Positions 7,438 to 15,588 of a DNA stretch of 18,551 nt are shown here, one piece after another; positions within the stretch are counted from its first letter, which is position 1, and every line of letters begins with the position of its first letter. The position numbers and the translations under genes were made by a program. The notes below the pieces were generated by a model. That model saw only the letters and a list, made by a program, of their open reading frames with translations, was not told where the DNA came from and searched no databases. The stretch is from an archaeon (GTDB taxonomy: Archaea; Nanobdellota; Nanobdellia; Woesearchaeales; UBA9642), in NCBI GenBank assembly GCA_043806035.1, contig JAZDHK010000012.1, forward strand, positions 1-18,551, read 5' to 3'.

Positions 7438-7569
7438 ATGGCGAACATCAACATCAGTATTCCGGACGATGTGCACAAACGGCTCAAATACGCCGCGCTC
7501 TTGCAGGATAAGCACATCAAGGAACTCATCATAGACCTTCTGGAGAGGAAAATCAATGGGAAACATTAA
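7438..7569 (+). CDS. Ribbon-helix-helix protein, 43 aa
   Basis: Translated by hand: MANINISIPDDVHKRLKYAALLQDKHIKELIIDLLERKINGKH*. ParG/Arc-like pattern I-x-I-P-D-x-x-H-K-x-L-K. Confidence 0.8.
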   Translation: MANINISIPDDVHKRLKYAALLQDKHIKELIIDLLERKINGKH

Positions 7570-7690
7570 CATCATCATACCCGATGAACTCCACAAAGAG
7601 CTCAAGCTCCAGGCATTCAAAGAAAACAAAAGCCTCAAAGAGCTCATCATCGAACAGCTCGACAAGGAAACTCGGAAGGTGCGGCTATGA
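7556..7690 (+). CDS. Ribbon-helix-helix protein, 44 aa, tandem paralog of 7438..7569
   Basis: Translated by hand: MGNINIIIPDELHKELKLQAFKENKSLKELIIEQLDKETRKVRL*. SD GGAGAGG upstream; ATGA overlap with 7687. Confidence 0.85.
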   Translation: MGNINIIIPDELHKELKLQAFKENKSLKELIIEQLDKETRKVRL

Positions 7691-10600
7691 GAAAACTCAT
7701 TCTGCTCGGCATCATCTTCCTCATGACAATCGTGCTCATGCACGGCCTCACCCTGACCGGTCCAAGCTGGACTCCCTCTGCTGCAAGAACCAACGACACA
7801 CTCAACTGTTCCTGGACGTACAGCATAGACACGATTGCCCAGAACATAACCCTGCTAAACGACAGTATCGTCTACACGAGCGTCTACGAGAATGCGAGCG
7901 AAATGACATTGAACACGTGGACCAGCATTGCTGCAGGAACGGCAAAGAAAGGAGAACAGTGGACGTGCCAAATAACACTATTCAACGAAACGAACAATCT
8001 CACCCAGCAAACAAACATCACCATCCTCAACAGTGTGCCATCCATCAGCGAAGCGCCTGCAGGCATTTTCTGGAATGGGTCTGACATCGGCTACACGTTC
8101 ACCGTTCTCGAGGACACGAACTACAGCATTGATGTAAACGCAACGGACCTGGATGGGGACACGCTCACGTATCTCAGCACTGATCCTTTCTGCTACCGCA
8201 TCAGCAGCACGCTCGGTACATACTGGTGCTTGCCGACCAACGACTATCTTGACACACCCACCCTCTCGACCAAGGTCAACATCAGTTTCACTGTTCACGA
8301 TGGCAGTGATGGTGTCGTACGTATCGTCTCCTTTAATATCACCCCTATCAACGACTATCCCTCATTCAGCCTGAGCGATCAAAGCATGTACCAGAACGAG
8401 ACGTTGAACGTCACCGTTATCGTTGTTGATGAGGAATCCGACAATTTCACGTTCAACGTCATGGCAAACAGCTCACTGAACTACAGCACGGAGCGGCTTG
8501 ACGGCTCAAGCTTCATTATCACGTTCACTCCCACCATTTTCCAGACAGGAAATTTCATCATCACCGTCAACGTCACTGACCTGCCGAACTGGACGAGCAC
8601 GAACAGGACAACAGTCGACAGCTTCAACCTCGTCGTGCTCAGCGTCAATCACGCACCGAACATCACCAACATCAGCAACACGGCAGGAACGCAGAACCAG
8701 GCATACACGGTCGTCGTGAATGCCACCGACCTCGACAATCAGACGTTGCTCTTTTCCATTGCCGCCCCGAATTGCCCCTACGCCAATCTCTGGAACATTA
8801 CCAGCAGCTCAGCGTACAACGAAACGACACATCTTACCTCAGGGAATGGGACGATCAGTGCCGTGCTGAACAACAGCCACGTGGTTTGCAGGAACGTCAC
8901 CATCCAGGTGAATGACGGCTTTGACGGGGAGGATGAGGAAGTCGTGCTTCTGAACATTACTAATGTCAACGATGCTCCACAGCTCTTCAACTACAGCAAC
9001 CGCTCGGACAACACCTACCCCACAGTTAATGTCTATACTGCAAACCTTACCGCATACGCGTATGCACCATTCATCTATCACTTGAACTATACGGACATCG
9101 ACAATCTCACGTACGAGGGAGAGATATTAAGCTTCAGCGACAACACCAGCCTCTTTACTATTACCTCTCAGGGCGTCATCAATTTCACGCCCAACCAGGA
9201 CAATGTGAGCGCAACCCCGTACTCAATCACTATCAACGTCACTGATGATGGAGGGCTCTCTGATGGTCACATCGCATATCTCACCATCGTCGGCAACAGC
9301 CCTCCTTATTTCGATGCCGAATTCCAAAACCACACCTGTTATGAGTATGACAGCCAAAACTATCCCTATACCTGCCTCGTGAACGTCAGCAATTTCACGC
9401 ACGACACCGACCTGAACGATTACGTTGCCTCATTTGCGAGCAATGATTCCACCTTCTCGCTCAATGCAACAACAGGCATGCTCAACGTCAGCATAACGCA
9501 GAGCATGATCGGCAACCACTCCCTCAACATTTCCGTTGAAGATACGTATGGTGCCGAGAACTGGACACTGTTCAGGTTGGAGATTCTGAACACGAACAAC
9601 CCCCCTAATCTACAAAGCTTCACCCTTCCGCGATTGGTGGAAGAGCACACCATAACGCAATTAGTCGTCGCCACAGACAGTGACCTGGACATAGCTGCAG
9701 ACGAGCTCACGTTCAGCATTGATACCAATGCCAGCTTTGCCGCACTTGCACAGTTGAGCAATACCAGCGCACGCTGGACTATAGCCCCGCTCGAAGGCAG
9801 TGCAGGCACGTACTATGCCAACATCACCGTGACGGACCAGTCAGGCAACACCTCGCTGCTCAACTTCACGCTACTCGTCTACAATCAGACCCTCCCCCCG
9901 TCCATCAACAACATTACGCCGTACGGTACACCGCTCGCGGCGAGCACGACTTTTTCTTGGGTTGAGAACAACCTGACGAATTTCCCCTATCGACGCACGG
10001 GCATTAATTTGACAGAGAACATAACCATAACCCTCAACCATTCCACGACGCTCGATAATCCGCTCGCGAACAATGCGACCTACACCTGGTATAGGAATGC
10101 ATCAGTCCTGAGCACGGGCCTGCGAGAGAGCAACCACACGCTGAACGTCAGCCTTGACTTCTTCAGTGCAGGCAGTTACAACTACACCCTTTTTATCGTG
10201 GATGACTACTACCAGAACAGCAGTTTCTCCTGGATTGCCACCGTTGAAAATGTCAACAGGCCACCCATTCTCAACAGTTCCTTGAGTAACAAGACCGTGA
10301 ATGGCACCACCACTTTCAGCAGCTACCTGTCGAGCACCAACACTACGCCGCAACGCGGTTTTTTCGACCCTGATGATGATCTGAACAGCAACTCGTACAT
10401 TGAGGGAAACGAGAGCAATCATTTATCCTACACGGCAAGCGTGTGCAGCATTGCAACACTCACCATGTCGGGAAACGACCTCACCGTCATCCCGAATGAG
10501 ACAGGTGTGTGTACCGTCATTTTCACCGCAGACGATGGCAGTGCTACGGTCAACAGCAATCTCGTCACTATCAACATCACCGGCCTGCTGAACACCACAA

Positions 10601-11346
10601 CGACGACAACGACGACAAGCTCAGGAGGGGGGACATCCACGCGGACCATTTCCATCCCTCTGCCTGAAGAAGTGGACCGTCCGGTACCGCTCAAGATTGT
10701 CACGCCGCGACTCGTCGTCATCTTCAAGAACCAGACCTTGCAAATTCCTCTTGACGTGCACAGCACCTGGAACGACACACTCTACGACATCAACCTAAGT
10801 GTCGACGTGAACGTGAGCAACATCACTGCAACGTTCGACCAGAGCCACATTCCTTCCTTGTCAAAGAATGAGACGAAAGCAATCATGCTCACGCTGAGCA
10901 ACTACCGCTCCAACGGCACGTACGAGCTACAAGTGGTCGCAAAAGTCGCCTCTCCCGAATATGAGGATCGGGCAACGATCTTCGTCAACAGTCTCGAGAA
11001 GAGCAGCAGCGGCGATGAAGTGAACACCAAAGTGACGTTCGCTCGAGACTTGCTGGGTTCGAATCCTGAATGCCAGGAACTGAACGAGCTGCTCACGCGC
11101 GCAGAAGATGCCATCCTTGCAGGGAATACAACCCAGGGCGTAGAACTCATCAATGCGGTCATTGAAGGCTGCAAGTATCTCGTGAATAAGGTCAGGCTCA
11201 ACCAGGAGCAGCCGCAACGTCAAGATCCCTTGCGCAACATCAGGGATATCGTGGAGAACAATAAGACGCTCCTGCTCTTCGGTGTAGGACTGCTGGCATT
11301 GCTTGTGGGCATACTCATTACGGGAAGGGCGCTCAAGAAATCGTGA
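7687..11346 (+). CDS. Large membrane-anchored surface protein/adhesin with tandem cadherin-like/Ig repeats, 1219 aa
   Basis: Signal peptide; GEQWTC Ig module; repeat boundaries NSVP, NDYP, NHAP, NDAP, NSPP, NNPP and NRPP with DxD acidic motifs; Thr8-SSGGG linker; a further Ig domain; a helical bundle with a Cys pair; C-terminal TM. Very dense N-x-S/T sequons. Confidence 0.85.
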   Translation: MRKLILLGIIFLMTIVLMHGLTLTGPSWTPSAARTNDTLNCSWTYSIDTIAQNITLLNDSIVYTSVYENASEMTLNTWTSIAAGTAKKGEQWTCQITLFNETNNLTQQTNITILNSVPSISEAPAGIFWNGSDIGYTFTVLEDTNYSIDVNATDLDGDTLTYLSTDPFCYRISSTLGTYWCLPTNDYLDTPTLSTKVNISFTVHDGSDGVVRIVSFNITPINDYPSFSLSDQSMYQNETLNVTVIVVDEESDNFTFNVMANSSLNYSTERLDGSSFIITFTPTIFQTGNFIITVNVTDLPNWTSTNRTTVDSFNLVVLSVNHAPNITNISNTAGTQNQAYTVVVNATDLDNQTLLFSIAAPNCPYANLWNITSSSAYNETTHLTSGNGTISAVLNNSHVVCRNVTIQVNDGFDGEDEEVVLLNITNVNDAPQLFNYSNRSDNTYPTVNVYTANLTAYAYAPFIYHLNYTDIDNLTYEGEILSFSDNTSLFTITSQGVINFTPNQDNVSATPYSITINVTDDGGLSDGHIAYLTIVGNSPPYFDAEFQNHTCYEYDSQNYPYTCLVNVSNFTHDTDLNDYVASFASNDSTFSLNATTGMLNVSITQSMIGNHSLNISVEDTYGAENWTLFRLEILNTNNPPNLQSFTLPRLVEEHTITQLVVATDSDLDIAADELTFSIDTNASFAALAQLSNTSARWTIAPLEGSAGTYYANITVTDQSGNTSLLNFTLLVYNQTLPPSINNITPYGTPLAASTTFSWVENNLTNFPYRRTGINLTENITITLNHSTTLDNPLANNATYTWYRNASVLSTGLRESNHTLNVSLDFFSAGSYNYTLFIVDDYYQNSSFSWIATVENVNRPPILNSSLSNKTVNGTTTFSSYLSSTNTTPQRGFFDPDDDLNSNSYIEGNESNHLSYTASVCSIATLTMSGNDLTVIPNETGVCTVIFTADDGSATVNSNLVTINITGLLNTTTTTTTTSSGGGTSTRTISIPLPEEVDRPVPLKIVTPRLVVIFKNQTLQIPLDVHSTWNDTLYDINLSVDVNVSNITATFDQSHIPSLSKNETKAIMLTLSNYRSNGTYELQVVAKVASPEYEDRATIFVNSLEKSSSGDEVNTKVTFARDLLGSNPECQELNELLTRAEDAILAGNTTQGVELINAVIEGCKYLVNKVRLNQEQPQRQDPLRNIRDIVENNKTLLLFGVGLLALLVGILITGRALKKS

Positions 11347-12043
11347 GTTGCTTATAGATCTGCTCGATGGACAGATAGCATTGGCTTTGCTCTTCAGGAC
11401 TCAAGGCATCATATACGTTAAGTAGCCGCACATAGTTCTTTTTCGCGTCCCGTTTTCTCTTCTTGTTCAGCAAAGCGTATGTCTTCTCAAGCAATATCCT
11501 GACACGCTCTACGCCGCCAGTTTCCTCTAAGGCAAGGGGCACGTTCAGTGTTATCTGCTCATTCTGCTCACTTTCTGACGCCATTTGTTCCTTCTGTCCT
11601 CGCTCCAGGGAAATGATCTTGTCTGCCAGTGCAGCAATGAACGCAGCATCTATTTTTGTCTGTGCTTTCGGCACTTTGCGTTTTTGGCCATACATTTCAG
11701 GCACGAGCAAATCGAGGATGCTGCCAAACCTGTGGAGGAATTGACGCAGCTGGCCTTCCGTCAGCTTCTGTTCATCGCTGAACCGCACAAACGTGAACTC
11801 TTCCAAAAATAACGATATCTCCTGTTTCGCCATCTGGGTAAGGTAGAGCTTGTCCAATTCCTTCTTGAGCTCATGATGCGTGAAGGCATACTTCAAGCCC
11901 AGATAGTCCCTGAAGAAGTCCTGAAAGAGCTGATTCGTCTCTTCCTCAACCACCAATCTTCTCGCAAGCAAATAATCCAATTTCTTCTGGTATGCCTGGC
12001 AGAGCTGTGCCTGTTTTTCCTCAGGAGAAGATTGCTTCTGCAT
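11333..12043 (-). CDS. Cytoplasmic helical protein homologous to the cytoplasmic tail of 5517..7382, 236 aa
   Basis: FQDFFRDYLGLKYAFTHHEL matches FRRVLVKLVGITPEATVQDL, and AKKNYVRLLNVYDAL..E....Y matches AKERYRRLLQQYDLL....EALY. A TATA box lies about 24 nt upstream. The 3' end overlaps the 7687 gene by 14 nt. Confidence 0.75.
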   Translation of the reverse strand: MQKQSSPEEKQAQLCQAYQKKLDYLLARRLVVEEETNQLFQDFFRDYLGLKYAFTHHELKKELDKLYLTQMAKQEISLFLEEFTFVRFSDEQKLTEGQLRQFLHRFGSILDLLVPEMYGQKRKVPKAQTKIDAAFIAALADKIISLERGQKEQMASESEQNEQITLNVPLALEETGGVERVRILLEKTYALLNKKRKRDAKKNYVRLLNVYDALSPEEQSQCYLSIEQIYKQLTIS

Positions 12044-12066
12044 ACCCCTTGTTTGGCGAGGGAGAC

Positions 12067-12113
12067 TATTTAAAAGTTGTTCACTCTACCAAAGTGAAAT
12101 AAGTATTTATAAT
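12067..12113. promoter_or_regulatory. Divergent back-to-back TATA promoters (probably leaderless transcripts)
   Basis: Minus-strand TTTTAAATA (12075-12067) is about 24 nt from ATG 12043. Plus-strand TTTATAAT (12106-12113) is about 22 nt from ATG 12135. A 6-bp inverted repeat TTCACT/AGTGAA lies between them. Confidence 0.6.
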
Positions 12114-12134
12114 AGAAGTTCTGGCAAAGCACTG

Positions 12135-13214
12135 ATGACAAAAGCGGGAAATTTCCGTTGGGACCAGTTCGTGGAACAGCCCAAGGAAAAGAAGAATGTC
12201 GAGGCAATCACGAAAGTAGAGGTGCACGAAGACAAAAAAGAATTCGAGAAGCTCGTACAGAACTACCAGACTGACGTGCAGAGCATCAAGGACGAAATGC
12301 AGAAAGTGGTCGTCGGCCAGGAAAAACTGGTCGAGGGACTCATCGAAGCATTGCTCTGCAACGGCCACGTCCTCGTCGAGGGCATTCCGGGCATTGCAAA
12401 AACACTCACCATCCGCGCAGTGAGCGTCATCACCGGAGGCGTCTTCTCAAGAATACAGTTCACGCCAGACCTCCTCCCCACAGATATTGTCGGCATAACG
12501 ACCTATGAGGAAGGCAAGGGATTCTATACCGTTAAGGGACCAATCTTTGCCAATTTTGTGCTCGCAGATGAAATCAACAGAAGCCCTCCTAAAGTGCAGT
12601 CTGCACTCCTGGAAGCTATGCAAGAACGACAGGTGACGATAGGCAAGGAGAGCTTCACCCTTCCCAGTCCTTTCTTCGTGATGGCCACCCAGAATCCCGT
12701 CGAGAACCTGGGAACGTACAAGCTGCCCGAGGCGCAGATAGACCGGTTCATCTTCAAGCTGCTCGTCACCTATCCCAGCATGGACCATGAACTGCAGATC
12801 CTGCAAAAGAACATCACCCTGCACAATTTTGAAGAATTCAACCTCAAGCCCATACTGACTCCTACAAAGATACTCTCCGCACAGGCAGAAGTCAAAAAAG
12901 TATACATCGACGAACGCATCTCCAAATACGTCGTCACCATCGTCGAGGCGACACGGCACCCGGACAAGTACAAGATCGAGCACGGCAAGTACATAGAATT
13001 CGGGGGCAGCCCCCGTGCAAGCATCGCCCTCTTCATCGCCGCAAAAGCACACGCCTTCATCAACGGGAGGACATATGTCACACCCCAAGACATCAAAGAC
13101 GTCTGCCATCAAGTGCTACGACACAGAATCCTCCTCAACTATGAAGGACAAGCCGAGGAGATAAACACGGACGCGATCATTACCGAAATTCTGAACACCA
13201 TCCCCGTGCCCTGA
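12135..13214 (+). CDS. moxR: MoxR-family AAA+ ATPase
   Basis: Walker A GIPGIAKT, RIQFTPDLLPTD, Walker B LADEINR, ATQNPVE..GTYKLPEAQIDRF, SPRA, LRHRI. Confidence 0.96.
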   Translation: MTKAGNFRWDQFVEQPKEKKNVEAITKVEVHEDKKEFEKLVQNYQTDVQSIKDEMQKVVVGQEKLVEGLIEALLCNGHVLVEGIPGIAKTLTIRAVSVITGGVFSRIQFTPDLLPTDIVGITTYEEGKGFYTVKGPIFANFVLADEINRSPPKVQSALLEAMQERQVTIGKESFTLPSPFFVMATQNPVENLGTYKLPEAQIDRFIFKLLVTYPSMDHELQILQKNITLHNFEEFNLKPILTPTKILSAQAEVKKVYIDERISKYVVTIVEATRHPDKYKIEHGKYIEFGGSPRASIALFIAAKAHAFINGRTYVTPQDIKDVCHQVLRHRILLNYEGQAEEINTDAIITEILNTIPVP

Positions 13215-13217
13215 ACC

Positions 13218-14111
13218 ATGGCCATCAACGAACTCAAAGTGGAAAACATTCCGGGCCTCAAGAAATTGGAGGTGCACACACGGCAGAACGTGCTGAACAA
13301 GGCCCTCGAGGGAAACTGGATGGCGTCCTTCAAAGGAAGAGGCATGGAATTCGCAGGCTACAGAAAATACACGTTCGGCGATGATGCGAGCGCTATTGAC
13401 TGGAAGGCAAGCCTCAAGAGCAAGCAAACGCTCGTCAAAGAATATGAAGAGGAAAGGACGCTGAACGTGCTCCTTCTGGTCGATGTGAGCAACAGCATGC
13501 TGTTCAGCAGCACGGGCAAGCTCAAGGCAGAATACGCGGCGGAGCTCGTCGCCAGCTTAAGCTTTGCCATCCTTTCCTGCGGCGACGCCGTCGGCATGAG
13601 CATGTTCACGGACAGGCTCGTGACGAAAAGCCAGCCAAACATAGGCAAGACGGTATATTACATGCTCATTAGGGACATCCTGAACACGAAAAATTATGGA
13701 GGCATGTTCTCCTTCAAAGTCCCCGTTAGCCATCTTCTTGCCATCCTGGACAGGAAGAGCATCATCATCATCATCTCCGACTTCATCGGCATGGAGAAGA
13801 ACTGGGCGCACATCCTCGCCACGGCGGCAGGCCAGCACGAAATTATCGCCATCATGATCCGCGACCCGAGAGACAGGGAACTGCCCAAGGACATCGCCCA
13901 GTACATCGTCGAAGACCCCTACACAGGAGAGAAGCTCTACATCGACACAAAAAAATTCGGCAAGAAGTACGCAGAATACGCACGCAAGGACGAAGAAGCC
14001 ATCGAGCACGAATTCAAAAAAAGAAAGTGCGACTTCCTCAAACTCTACACCGACCAGGATTATTTCAACCCCATCATCGCCTTCTTCCGCAAGAGGTCAG
14101 TATCACAATGA
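13218..14111 (+). CDS. DUF58 domain (vWA-like) protein
   Basis: GRGMEFAGYRKYTFGDD...IDWKAS, KEYEEER, MIDAS-like DVSNSM and ISDF. Sits in the usual position after moxR. Confidence 0.93.
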   Translation: MAINELKVENIPGLKKLEVHTRQNVLNKALEGNWMASFKGRGMEFAGYRKYTFGDDASAIDWKASLKSKQTLVKEYEEERTLNVLLLVDVSNSMLFSSTGKLKAEYAAELVASLSFAILSCGDAVGMSMFTDRLVTKSQPNIGKTVYYMLIRDILNTKNYGGMFSFKVPVSHLLAILDRKSIIIIISDFIGMEKNWAHILATAAGQHEIIAIMIRDPRDRELPKDIAQYIVEDPYTGEKLYIDTKKFGKKYAEYARKDEEAIEHEFKKRKCDFLKLYTDQDYFNPIIAFFRKRSVSQ

Positions 14112-15064
14112 ACCTGAGCTTCGGCAATCCCGCCTATTTGTGGTACTTGCTAAGTGTTCCTTTGCTCATCATCACGCACTTTGTGCTGCTCAAACACACG
14201 AAAAGCAAGGCGATGAAATTCGCAAATTTTGAAGCGTTGCGCAGGGTCAGCAGCGAAGGCATCCTCACCAAGAATTACACGCTGCTCATCACCAGGGTTC
14301 TCATGCTGACACTGCTCATCTTCGCCATTGCGGACGCCACGCTCTGGTATGAGGGCAAGGCAAGCCTCAACACGTACATCATCGCCATCGACGTCAGTGC
14401 CAGCATGGCAGCGCAAGACCTCCAGCCCACGCGTTTAGAAACGGCAAAGGAATATGCGCGCATGTTCGTTACCGATTCAAAAGCGCAGGCTACCTTCGGC
14501 GTGATAAGCTTCTCTGGCATTCCGTTCATCGCACAAACGCCGACGACAGACAAGCAACCCGTCCTAAACGCCATCAACCAGTTAGAAGTCGTGAATGCCG
14601 GCGGCACGGATCTTGCAGGAGCGATCATCACGGCAACGAACCTCCTGGCGACAAGCAGCGGAGGCAAGGCAATCATCCTTTTAACTGATGGGAGCACCAC
14701 TGCAGGCTATCTCGATGACGATCCCGTCCTCGTCAGCACGCGGTATGCCGTGCAGAATAACGTGCGCGTCCACACTATCGGCGTAGGAGAATTAGGAGGT
14801 CCCATCGGTTACCTGCCTGAGTTCTACAACATCACCTCTGCGTACCAGGAAGACGATCTCAAATACATCGCAAACAAGACTGGTGGCATGTACTATCACG
14901 CAAAGACTGCCGAAGACATCAGGCACGCCTATGAGGAACTAGACACGGAATCGAAACTCACTATGCTGAATGTTAAGTTAGGACCCCTCCTCCTGCTCGC
15001 AGGACTCCTCCTGCTCTTCCTCGAATGGGGACTCGTAAATACGAGATTCAAGAGGGTGCCGTGA
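14108..15064 (+). CDS. BatA-like membrane vWA-domain protein
   Basis: Start ATG 14108 (ATGA overlap). BatA-type N-terminus F.NP.YLW.LL.VP, TM, MIDAS DVSASM, GGTDL, LLTDG, HTIGVG, and C-terminal TM ending LLFLEW. Confidence 0.9.
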   Translation: MNLSFGNPAYLWYLLSVPLLIITHFVLLKHTKSKAMKFANFEALRRVSSEGILTKNYTLLITRVLMLTLLIFAIADATLWYEGKASLNTYIIAIDVSASMAAQDLQPTRLETAKEYARMFVTDSKAQATFGVISFSGIPFIAQTPTTDKQPVLNAINQLEVVNAGGTDLAGAIITATNLLATSSGGKAIILLTDGSTTAGYLDDDPVLVSTRYAVQNNVRVHTIGVGELGGPIGYLPEFYNITSAYQEDDLKYIANKTGGMYYHAKTAEDIRHAYEELDTESKLTMLNVKLGPLLLLAGLLLLFLEWGLVNTRFKRVP

Positions 15065-15492
15065 TGGACATCATCGACAAAGAAATAGTACTTGATCTGA
15101 AAGAAGAGTTCACCTCAGTCAAGACAACAATCCAGAACCTCATTACCGAGCACAAGATCAACGATGCAAACATCGTCTGTTGGGTTTCGCATGAAGTAGG
15201 AACGCTCGTCCAGCTAGGTTGGGAAGATGGACTCATAGATGATGCAAAGCAATTCCTCACAGATATCGCTCCTGAAGGGAAATATCTCCATCATGATGAA
15301 CCGGGAACGCCATTCAGATACAATTTCCATCAGCACATCAGGACAAAACTCATAGGACATCCGAACATGACGCTCATAGTCAAGAATGGCGAACTCTTCA
15401 TCGGACAGTATCAAGACATCTACTTCTATAGCCCCGTCTATCGGGAAAAACCAAATCAGAGGATATTCTGCAGGATCGTGCAATTCACGTGA
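15064..15492 (+). CDS. yjbQ: YjbQ/UPF0047-family protein, divergent
   Basis: TGATG overlap. Pattern H...D...L..IAP...Y.H...N...HIR..LIG...VKNG.L.IG.YQ.I matches UPF0047. Confidence 0.75.
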   Translation: MDIIDKEIVLDLKEEFTSVKTTIQNLITEHKINDANIVCWVSHEVGTLVQLGWEDGLIDDAKQFLTDIAPEGKYLHHDEPGTPFRYNFHQHIRTKLIGHPNMTLIVKNGELFIGQYQDIYFYSPVYREKPNQRIFCRIVQFT

Positions 15493-15564
15493 GACGCAGC
15501 CAACGTTTGATTGAAGAAAGCATATTGCGTATGAAGAATTTCCTGATGCTGTTAACGAGACAGC

Positions 15565-15587
15565 AAAAAAAGAATAAAAGAAAATAA
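15565..15587 (-). terminator. T-rich archaeal terminator for dnaG
   Basis: The plus strand AAAAAAAGAATAAAAGAAAATAA reads as oligo-T tracts directly after the dnaG stop on the minus strand. Confidence 0.5.
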
Positions 15588-15588
15588 T

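Noticed and set aside
5374-7690. Toxin-antitoxin interpretation of the RHH genes
   Set aside because: No adjacent PIN, RelE or MazF-like toxin ORF. The downstream partners are surface proteins.
7584-8084. 166-aa plus-strand ORF
   Set aside because: An alternative frame overlapping the RHH gene and the 1219-aa gene, with no recognisable features.
10594-10617. ACN trinucleotide run as a phase-variation tract
   Set aside because: The Thr codons are mixed and in frame, so this is a linker rather than a slippage switch.
14027-14107. N-terminal extension of the vWA ORF (and likewise 15025-15063 for yjbQ)
   Set aside because: Each overlaps the preceding gene. Coupled starts at 14108 and 15064 fit the family N-termini better.
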